64,000 nucleotides of DNA, taken from the NCBI GenBank assembly GCA_964019425.1, contig OZ025792.1:124001-188000 (forward strand), in the 5' to 3' direction. Below the pieces are notes generated by a model, which saw only the letters and a list, made by a program, of their open reading frames with translations, ran no database searches and was not told the DNA's origin. Positions 38,221 to 47,103 of the stretch are shown piece after piece. How positions within the stretch are numbered: position 1 is the first letter of the stretch; every line of letters begins with the position of its first letter. The translations under genes were made by a program, and so were the position numbers. The DNA comes from Flectonema sp. DT1601. Lineage: Eukaryota.

Positions 38221-39035
38221 GATACCAGTATTCTGTGAAGGGAATAAGATTTGAACATCGTACAGCCATCTGACACCATAACATTTTATCTAAATAGCAG
38301 ATAAAAGCAACTAACGGATTGAACACCAGCTTTCGATGTCTTGAAAAGGAAGACGCAAAAGGACAAGTCACAAAGGCACTTTGGCGGGGCGGATTGTTTG
38401 TTTGATAACCTCCAGTTTGCCGCGTTGCCTAAGGAATTCTTATTTTATATAATAGAGAGTGGAAGACGAGAGAGAATTAATTCCTCAACAGGACTGCTAA
38501 GAAAGAACAGATTGAATCCGCTTCACAGGATTTGAAAAGGAAAGTTTAACCACTTGCAGAAGACGAATGTGCAATGCAGCAAAAAAGGAACAATGCAACG
38601 ACTCCTTACAAACAAATAAAACACTCGTGAAAAGAATAAAACATGAAACAGCCCCCCCCCTCCCAATCACTTTTTGACCATGACTAATGATCTCAGAGCA
38701 GTTGCAAAAACTCCCAAAAGACTAAAAATGAACAAAAAAGAAATGAATTAATATAAAAAAGCTCAATTCTCAATTGATCAAAAGTTAGTACTTGACTTGC
38801 GCTGGAAGTAAATGTGCTCGAAATGATTCCCTTTTGGGGGGCCAACCTATAGAGTCAACAGTTCCACTGCTCGGAACGTAGACACTGATGGCTTTTCCCG
38901 AAAACATTCATTCTGAAAAATCGAATGAACTAAAAAAAACAAAACAAAACATCGGTAAAAAGCAACAAAAGAGAGCAATTAGTGAAACAAAATGAAATGA
39001 AATAAATAAAACCAAGCGAACACACGTTTACAAAG

Positions 39036-39123
39036 TAAGTCCCTCGAACAGCAAAGGAAATATAATACGAAATAATTTTAAGTCCCTCGAACAGCAAAGG
39101 AAATATAATACGAAATAATTTTA
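39036..39123. repeat. 43-bp perfect tandem duplication
   Basis: TAAGTCCCTCGAACAGCAAAGGAAATATAATACGAAATAATTT occurs at 39036 and 39079. Confidence 0.95.
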
Positions 39124-39309
39124 GCTAGTGTGCAGGGAAACAACGAAGAGTGTGTGCGGAATCCCCTTCAAAAACTAACAACCTGCTTTAAAGTGTAGGA
39201 AAAACGTTCCCCCCGCGGGTCTGACCTGCTGCAGACGACATTTGGAGAACGTTAGATCTCATCGTTTGAAAGGAACAGACGATGGAGGTGGTTTCGGTAG
39301 CAGAGTGAC

Positions 39310-41292
39310 TCATCCCTGGACGAGGGCCTGCACAGGGGCAGAGGTGATTCCGCACTGGTCGCTTCCCCTCTCCAAACGGATGTACCCGTTCTCCCCCCAG
39401 TTTGCGTTCCACGAGTTCTTAATCAACCAGTACTTCTGCCCGTTGTCAACACCGTACCCGACAATGAGAACCGCGTGGTCAGGTTGCTTGTTGCAACAGT
39501 TGCTTACGATCCCTCCCGTGTACGGCCACCAGATCTGAGTCATCGCGTCCAAGGCAATCGAAACCGGTCCGTACTTCGCAACCGCCGCAGCCATCGCCTC
39601 TTCCGTTTTGTTCACGTTGTAGTATCCGGTCACCTTCACTTCAGCTGGGCTCCCCGCGTGGCAAGCAGGCACGTTCCCGGTTCCCGAAACGTACGGGTAC
39701 GACTCCTCCGTGTCCGCTCCGTTGTCCGCAGTCCACTGGATCGCTTGGTAAGGCCATCCTCCCCCGCAGCCGTCCGATCCCGTGTCGCAGCTCACCAGCT
39801 TCTGCTCCGACAGGCTCTGAAGCTTGTGCCCGGCGATCGCCCACGCAGACTCCGTCACTCCCGTCGTCGAGAAAGACCAACACGAACCGCACTGTCCCTG
39901 GTCCTTCACCGGAGTCACCACTCCCTTCGTCCTCCAGTCCACCGACTCAGGCATGTTGCGGATGTCCTCCTCGGTGATCACTCGCTCCGCAGGCGCGTCT
40001 GGAAGGTCGCCGGTCGTCGGGTGCGCGCAGTCCCTCAGGTGTGTCTCGAACTCAGCCTTCGACCAATCCGCGAGGTTGTTTGGCAGTCCGGTGCTTCCCC
40101 GCGAGTAGAACAGGCTCAAGTGCTTGCGGAAGTTCATGAAACGAATCTGTTCCTCCGCCTTCGACGAGTACGTCTTCTCGTGGTGCTGCATCCACTTCGC
40201 GAACAGTTCCCGGTGCTCACTCACGTTCCTCGAATTGTCCACCGGCTCCTCGAGGGAGGCAGCGCGGACCGGAAGGAGCTTCGCCGCGCTGGTCTTCGCA
40301 GACTCCAACGAATTTGCCCACAGGGATCCCTCCAACTGCTTCGCCACCGTCACCGAGAACGAAGCCGCTCCCCACTGCATCGCGCAAGTGAACTCTTGTC
40401 CGGCCGCCAGAACGAAGTAGCATCCACCCCTGTTTCCCTGGTCGTTGCGGTTCGATCCCCACGAGCACACGTTCGCTCCCCCGTAGTAGCAGTGGTACGC
40501 GTTGTAGTCCTCGTTCGTGCTCGACGACACAATCGAAATAACCAAATCGTTCGCCCGGTCGTTCGTGTACGCGCAGTTGCACAAGTTCGGCTTCGGGTAC
40601 GTCACGTTCGGGCACCTCATCGGAACAGTCGAAGATTCCAACTGAAGAACATTCTCTTTGAACGAAAACGCCGACGACGATCCATCGAACGAACCGCTCA
40701 CGGCAGAGCACTTCAGGTCACCTCCCGCGGGAAGGATGAAGTTGCACGAGTACCCTCCCTGTGCTCCGTTCACAGCGTACGCGCACACCTCCATGTTGCC
40801 GTACTTGCAGCTGAATTCGTTCACTCCGTTCCCACGTGGCGCCATGCGCTGAGTCACCCAGAGGTCCGCGCTTCCCGTGTTCTTGTAGCTGCAGTCTCCG
40901 TTGTCGCACGAAATGCTCTTCGTGTTGCTGTCCAACAGGGCTCCCTTCAGAGGTGAAACATGGCTTCCGATCACGTTCACCGTTCCCTGCACGTCACAGT
41001 TCATCTCAGAGCCCGCCGGGAGGACGAAGAAGCAGCTTCCAGAGCTCCCCGTGTCGGAACTCGGGTACGAACGGTAGCACGTCACCGCGTTCCCGACAGT
41101 GCACGACAGAGACGCCACTCCAGATTGCTGTTCCGCCTGAAAGAAGAGCGTCACAGCCTCATCCACCTGCCCATCGTTGGTGTACGAACAGCTGTTTCCC
41201 GTTACCGGGCAGTTGATCGAGTTCCAAATCTGCTGCCCGTGTGCCAGCGTCGGCAGAGTCAACAACAAAGACAAAAGACCCGAAGATCTCAT
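39310..41292 (-). CDS. Secreted papain-family (cathepsin L-like, C1A) cysteine protease with three N-terminal Cys-rich repeats and an I29 prodomain
   Basis: Signal peptide MRSSGLLSLLLTLPTLAHG, I29 (FAKWMQHHEKTY..EEQIRFMNF..NNLADWSKAEF), VDWRTKG, QGQCGSCWSFS, DHAVLIVGYG and KNSW..WGENGY. Confidence 0.95.
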   Translation of the reverse strand: MRSSGLLSLLLTLPTLAHGQQIWNSINCPVTGNSCSYTNDGQVDEAVTLFFQAEQQSGVASLSCTVGNAVTCYRSYPSSDTGSSGSCFFVLPAGSEMNCDVQGTVNVIGSHVSPLKGALLDSNTKSISCDNGDCSYKNTGSADLWVTQRMAPRGNGVNEFSCKYGNMEVCAYAVNGAQGGYSCNFILPAGGDLKCSAVSGSFDGSSSAFSFKENVLQLESSTVPMRCPNVTYPKPNLCNCAYTNDRANDLVISIVSSSTNEDYNAYHCYYGGANVCSWGSNRNDQGNRGGCYFVLAAGQEFTCAMQWGAASFSVTVAKQLEGSLWANSLESAKTSAAKLLPVRAASLEEPVDNSRNVSEHRELFAKWMQHHEKTYSSKAEEQIRFMNFRKHLSLFYSRGSTGLPNNLADWSKAEFETHLRDCAHPTTGDLPDAPAERVITEEDIRNMPESVDWRTKGVVTPVKDQGQCGSCWSFSTTGVTESAWAIAGHKLQSLSEQKLVSCDTGSDGCGGGWPYQAIQWTADNGADTEESYPYVSGTGNVPACHAGSPAEVKVTGYYNVNKTEEAMAAAVAKYGPVSIALDAMTQIWWPYTGGIVSNCCNKQPDHAVLIVGYGVDNGQKYWLIKNSWNANWGENGYIRLERGSDQCGITSAPVQALVQG

Positions 41293-41554
41293 TTTTTTAA
41301 TATTTATTTTCGTGTTCAAAAATATCTGGATGGAGACAGAGAATAACTAATCGACAAGTAAATGTAACGAAACACAATCCCTGATTGATGTCGTCTGCAT
41401 CACGCAAACAAAATGACTATGCGATCTGATGAAATGAATTAAATAAAAACAACAGTTTTCGTAGTCAAAAAGAAAATAACGATCGTAACACAAACAGAAA
41501 TAGTAAAACAAATAATATGGAACTAATTCGACAGAAGTCGGGTCCACTCGATGT

Positions 41555-41944
41555 CTATTTCTTTTTCTTCGGAGCAGCCTTTCCCCCTTTTGCAGTATTA
41601 ATATTTTCCAAAAGTGTTTTCAAAGCAGCTCCATTCTCATCACTCGTTAGTAGGGATGAGTATATTTTTCCACCACAATCATCAGGAGCAACTGTGACCA
41701 AGGCATATAAACCTCTCTCTACGAATCCAGGAACTTCACATGCAAAAGTAGTAGGCAAATCAGGCATTCCCAACGGAACTGTTTTTGCATCTTGTAATTT
41801 TGATGCTTCGGCGGGTACTAGATCAACATCGATATCAGCTCCGTATCCTAAAGTCTCCCTAATGTAACATAGGAGAACTATATTTTTACAATTTCCGTTA
41901 AACGGTACTTTTTCATCGTTTCCATGCAATACGTATAATAGCAT
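41555..41944 (-). CDS. CXorf65/C22orf15-like small protein (129 aa)
   Basis: MLLYVLHGNDEKVPFNGNCKNIVLLCYIRETLG..DIDVDL resembles the family N-terminus. The upstream part of the ORF-track call is transposon sequence. Confidence 0.7.
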   Translation of the reverse strand: MLLYVLHGNDEKVPFNGNCKNIVLLCYIRETLGYGADIDVDLVPAEASKLQDAKTVPLGMPDLPTTFACEVPGFVERGLYALVTVAPDDCGGKIYSSLLTSDENGAALKTLLENINTAKGGKAAPKKKK

Positions 41945-41985
41945 TGTTGTAGTGACCTCCTTTCGGAGTTTTTTTTTTTTATATA

Positions 41986-43423
41986 CTGTAATTATAAATA
42001 TCACGGTGTATAAAGAATTTGGAGTATAACAACTTTGGATATAAAAAAGATGGTGGATTCTCGGAAAAAAAACTTGGTGGATTTTTATAGAGAAGTATGA
42101 AAGTACACATTTTGACTGTAAAATAGTAGTTTTTGGGGATGAAATTTTCACACTATGCGGAATTTTTTGAAAAAACGGGATCCTTTTGAACCCCTGAAGA
42201 CGTCGGTAAGCAAGGTGGAGCTGGGTTTGATAAAGAAAGAGGAACGGGTAAAAGAGCACAAACGTCTCGCTGCTATGAGGGGTGGTCAAGGGGGGAGTTG
42301 CTTAACATTGGTAAGATGGTGAACTCTGCCACCAATGCGTCAAGGGCGATTGCATACTTCAACACGGACCATAAGAAGAGATCAACAGTGCAGGCAGGGC
42401 AATGAAGCTCTTGGTTGGAACAAAAGAGGAAGACAAAGGGAGAACCACTAGAAGGGCAGGTGAAATCTGGGAGACCAACCATCTTAACCACTGATGAGGA
42501 AGCGGGTGCTCGATTTAATTGAGAATATCCGTGCCTATAGTGGCTCTGTGTTTGCTTCTCTTCTCTGGTTTCAAGCACAGGTGATACGCAGGAACGCGTG
42601 GATTCCGGTTCCCTACAAGCAACATGGACCCACAAGTTCCTGGAACGGAAGGGTTGGATACCGTCTTGGAACCACTGCGAAAGTAGCGCCTGAAGCAGAA
42701 CTCCTATCAGCTGGGTCAAGGTTTCTGAGCAATAGTCCCATACTTTATTAAGAAACGCCAGGAGCTGGGACTCCAATCGGATCACCCTGGCCTCGCAGTA
42801 TATGACCAGTTTAGGGGGCAGATAACTGAGGAAGTCCTTCGTCGATTTGAAGAAGCCAATATCACGGTTATACTGGTGCAAGGCGGATGGACTTCTCATC
42901 TCCGGCCGCTGGATCTAACTGTCATGGCCAACTTCAAAGAAGCATCAAGCTTTCTTGGTGAGTGGATGACAGAGCAGATGCGCAAGCGGGAGGAAAAGTT
43001 GAAAAAACAGCGATTGGAGAAGGAACTCCTTAGTTGTAGTTGGCCTCGTCTAGACTACTACTTGCTGCTTTTAGGAATTTTGACATCATTCATTAAGACT
43101 GGTGTGCTACCAACAACGTTATTTGTGGATATGTTGTCCTGATATGTATCTGGAAGCAACTTCAACATTAGTTATCAATCCCCCACCAGGTTGGTACACA
43201 AGACCAGCCTGTAGAACTTTAACCAGTTCAAAATGTCGATAATTTAGTACCAAAGTCAAAAGAAAAAGGTCAAAAAAAAAAAAATTCTGGAATCCGAATT
43301 TTGCTAAGTGTTTTCTGTGAATGATTGATTGTACTAAAAAAACTTTGGATATAATAAAGATGGTGGATTTGGCCATTTTTTGGAGATTTGGAGACTTTTT
43401 ATACATGATATTTATAATTACGG
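41986..43423 (+). mobile_element. Degenerate pogo-like (Tc1/mariner) DNA transposon with TIRs and TA target duplication
   Basis: Left end TA|CTGTAATTATAAATATCACGGTGTATAAA; right end reverse-complements to TA|CCGTAATTATAAATATCATGTATAAA. Broken transposase on + strand: HTH-like GRPTILTTDEE../RVLDLIENIR and DDE_1-like GLAVYDQFRGQ..ILVQGGWTSHLRPLDLTVMANFK, with stops and frameshifts. Confidence 0.9.
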
Positions 43424-43610
43424 TATTTTTTTATCGTACTAAACTGTTTAAAAAAATGTGGTAAACGATAGTTGTTCTTAACCTAGCAAATGTACTAAAA
43501 AAATAAAATAAAAAAAAGCAAATGTCAAAATATTTCTAAGAAAAGAAAAAGGAAAAGGAAAAGAAAAGAAAAGAGAGAAAAAAATATTCAGACTAGACTT
43601 GCTTTGTTCG

Positions 43611-43832
43611 ACGCAGACAGAACCCTGTCGTACGGTGAATAGTTGGACAATGTAGAAACAATAATAAAATTTACACATCAAAATAAATAATAAAGTTACT
43701 AAAAAAAACAACTTTAGGTAAATTAAAAACAAAATTAATATCAAGTACTTGACTGAAAAAATATTTTTAATTGTTAATTTCCCCCCCAATCTTGTCGCAT
43801 GACTCGTGCCTTCAATCTGAATAGTTTCTCCG
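43611..43832 (+). repeat. Family A copy split in two, with a family B repeat segment in between
   Basis: ACGCAGACAGAACCCTGTCGTACGG at 43611 and TTCAATCTGAATAGTTTCTCCG at 43811. The inner 43710-43778 segment matches 46967-47040. Confidence 0.7.
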
Positions 43833-44040
43833 TCAATATTAAAAAAAGAAATTCAGATGTCTTTCTTTGTTGGTATTTTTCTAACAGCAACATAATATCT
43901 CAGATATGTTTGCTACTGATTTTTTTCTTTTTCCCGCATGCCGAATTTCTCTTCGACACTTTTTTTGTTTGACCCAATCTATAAAAATCATTTGCTTTTT
44001 TAAAAAAAAAAAAAAAAAAAAGTAATGGATCGAAGGTAAC

Positions 44041-44785
44041 TTATGCATTTCCATTTTTAAAACGTTTGCCAAGTTCCGAAATAGTTTCCCTGGCAGCAAG
44101 TTGTTTTGAGATCCCTGAACTACACTTCTCACGGTAAATTGCTCCATAGTTTTTAGCCACGTATGTGTTGTACACGTTACCCAAACGCTTTGTAATCGCT
44201 TCATTTAAGACTTTTCTAACTCTAGTTTTCTTCCCGAGATTTTGTTTTGCCGCAATGACGTACTCCTCCCGATCAGATGCACTCAGAAGCTGTTTTGTTA
44301 TTATTTGTTTTAAGTTCTACATGTTGCAGATGAGATGAATAATTGAGTCATACCTGCCACTGTGCTACAGCTTCCTTGAAGTTAACCTCACGACTTATCG
44401 TCTTCTGCATGAATAATGTATACGCTCTAACAGGGCCACACCTCCGAAAGGCTATCTTTCTAGTAGAAGCAGCGACCCTCTTTTCTCTAGCTGCTGACTT
44501 CCTGGCGGCAGCAAGGGTGAGTCTTTCAGTTCTCTGATTTAAACGCGTCTGCTTCGCAAGCTGATTCTTGATTCTGAGAGCCCTCTTGGCTCTGATTTCT
44601 CTTTCCTTGCGGGCGGTTTCTGCTGATTTTATAGCTTTCTTTTTAGCACTAGCAGCCTTTGTAAGCGCTTTTTTAGTAGGTGGGATTGAAGGAAGTCTCC
44701 CAACCATAACTGGAAGTTTGACAGAAGAGATTCCTCTCACCTGCATCCGAGCATGCATCCGAGTGACATTACGAATAATATTCAT
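44041..44785 (-). CDS. Basic mitochondrial HMG-box-like DNA-binding protein (KAP/Abf2-like); exons 44785-44354 and 44289-44041
   Basis: Presequence-like N-terminus and K/R/A-rich region. PVRAYTLFMQK..FKEAVAQWQ|LLSASDREEYVIAA is joined by a 64-nt intron at 44290-44353. Second degenerate box NVYNTYVAKNY..ISELGKRFK. Confidence 0.8.
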
Positions 44786-45034
44786 TTTAAGAATTAAGCT
44801 GTTCAAGTAAATAAGAACAAAGAAAATAAAAGCATCGCTATTAGAAAACAAAAAAAACACCCATCAAGTGATAGGCGCTGATATCTCCAAAAAACAACAA
44901 TAAAAACGACGTGTAAGTGAACACAGTACCTTTCGATGCAAGCACAGTAACCTGTAAAGGCTACTCCGCAATTCTATGAGTGATGAAGATCTAACGGGAA
45001 GTGTAACGAAGTGTAGGAGTCTAACCTAAAGAGC

Positions 45035-46451
45035 TTAACGCTTTAAGATAGAAGTAATAGGAGCTGTAGCTGCTTGTTGCAAAGCACTCAACGCCAGTCT
45101 AATTTTTGTTGATGAAGCTGGATGGATGGTCGCTACAGGTGAGGAAGCATCGGGATCGTGAGAGAACGGAACATCAATAAATGTGTTCTCCGATTTCATA
45201 CACTTGGCTGATGAGATTCGTGGAAGAGATTCAGACTGATTCCCAGATTCAGATGAATAGAATTTATGAACTTCATACAAGAAAACCATCACATCTATTA
45301 AAAGCATAACCGCAACAAGGATCAGTAATGCTGTAAACGAATTACCAACACTGCTTGAGTCTGTCACAACAACCCAAATACAGAAACCAGCAACAATACC
45401 CCTCAATACCATTTGCAATCCTATCGCGTTATTAGTCACGGGAGAGGCATTGTTTTCCCAGTTCAATATAACTACAACTGGGTTACTTATCTTTGAACCA
45501 CTCTCAGGACCTACATAACTAATGTTACCACTTTTCGGTGACTCAATACAAACTTTCTTTGTGAGATTCGGAGAAATGTCACTGCAACGGTCAGGTGCTA
45601 TGTCATCTGAGAATTCAAAACCATTATTATTATCATCACTTTTATAAGGAGATGAAGACTGCAATGGGATGCTTCGATTCTTCCTCCGCTTTACACTCGA
45701 TATCGTACTGCTGTCTGAAGTACCTCTTTTGTCTCCATTTTTTACCCCGTTCGAGTCTCGTGATTTAGTGGTTTCCATTATATTTAATAGCTCAGTGTCA
45801 ACAACTACTTTAGCTTTCCTATTAGTTGACTGTATCGGTGATAGTTGCTGTGATGTTGGTGGGATCGGATGCAGGACTACAGCTGTTTGTCGAACATTCC
45901 CACTTGAGCTTACCGATTTGAAAGGTAAATTACCATCTTCTGAGAACTGAAAGTCTATCGAGTGGACAGACATGTCGGAGAGAACTTCTGGTTCCGTGTG
46001 TAATGACACCTGTTTTTGTTTTTATTAACTACAGTGATCCTTCCTACATAAACTATACAACAAAAGAAACATACCTGCGGCACAGGTGCAAGAATTGGAC
46101 CTGTCCTCACAGGCTGCACAGGTAACTTAGGACGGAGAGGCATGGGTGCTGTTACAACGTTATTAGAGATCGAAAATCTTTTTAACGGAGCATTCCATTG
46201 TTGTGGTCGCTCTGCTGGTACCTGATGTGTTGTTATTAAGTAAAGATTGAGTACATGATTAGTATAAATACTTTAATTGAAGACAGTACCTTGTTAATAT
46301 TACAACCAGGTAGCTTCGCAACCGGAAACGCTGGCCACGTCAGATGTCGTTGAGGAGACTGATATTTTTGTGATTCTTCTCTTGGTGCACTAGCGTGTTT
46401 ACTGTCGCTGCCATTCAATCGTAAGTTGTCGTCAGATCTAAGCAAGTCCAT
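45035..46451 (-). CDS. Hypothetical two-TM protein; exons 46451-46290, 46221-46075, 46009-45035
   Basis: Three ORF pieces join in frame via GT-AG introns 46222-46289 (68 nt) and 46010-46074 (65 nt). Two hydrophobic helices lie near the C-terminus. Confidence 0.72.
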
Positions 46452-46932
46452 GTGTAGCTGGATAGCAATTATTATCTCAAGTCTGCTGACCCTTTGTAAA
46501 GTATCTATAAAAGAGTTAGGGGCAGATGCAAAGTGCAAATCAGAAACCATAAGAACTGTGATCTTAGTCGAAAAAGAAAAGACCACAAGATTTCTACATA
46601 AAGTAAATCATAAAAAACTTTCTAAAAAAAAAAAAAAAAAAATAATAACAACGATGCATTTAGTGAAGAGAAGGGCTAGAGATTACTCAGACACAAATAA
46701 ACGCAAAGTATGTAGAAATATTAATTATGAAGACTTATAAAAACCAGTTTTGTCTTTTTAGTGTACAACGAAAAAGACATTAAAATCTATGGATTATTTT
46801 GTGTTGGGCAACAGTAAGAGTTTTAAAATATTTATTTCGATGAGGTTCATAAGGCGGGTAAATAGATACGAAAACGTAAACCGATTTAAACTGAGAAAGC
46901 TAAGGGGTGTGTTCTGGGCATCCCGGGCGGAG

Positions 46933-47040
46933 GTGAAACTTTGACAAAACTTTGTAAAAACATCAACAACTTTAGGGGTATTAAAAACAAAATTAATATC
47001 AAAAGTACTTGACTGAAAAAAATATTTTGTAGTTGTTAAT
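46933..47040 (+). repeat. Dispersed repeat family B
   Basis: CAACTTTAGG..ATTAAAAACAAAATTAATATCAA..GTACTTGACTGAAAAAA..TATTTT..TTGTTAAT is shared with 43710-43778. GTGAAACTTTGACAAAA is shared with 59503. Confidence 0.75.
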
Positions 47041-47103
47041 CAATGAAAAATTGCGTTTAGAAAAAAAAGAAAACATGAAAAGGGAAAATTATATTTTTTT
47101 GTC

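Noticed and set aside
39475..40956. 493-aa plus-strand ORF antisense to the cathepsin
   Set aside because: R/V/H-rich shadow ORF explained by the GC-rich codon bias of the real gene; non-ATG start and no recognisable domain.
41945..42289. N-terminal 115 aa of the ORF-track 244-aa protein
   Set aside because: Reads through the transposon left end and a poly(A) run; family similarity begins only at ATG 41944.
42273..42899. 208-aa minus-strand ORF
   Set aside because: Antisense to the transposase remnant.
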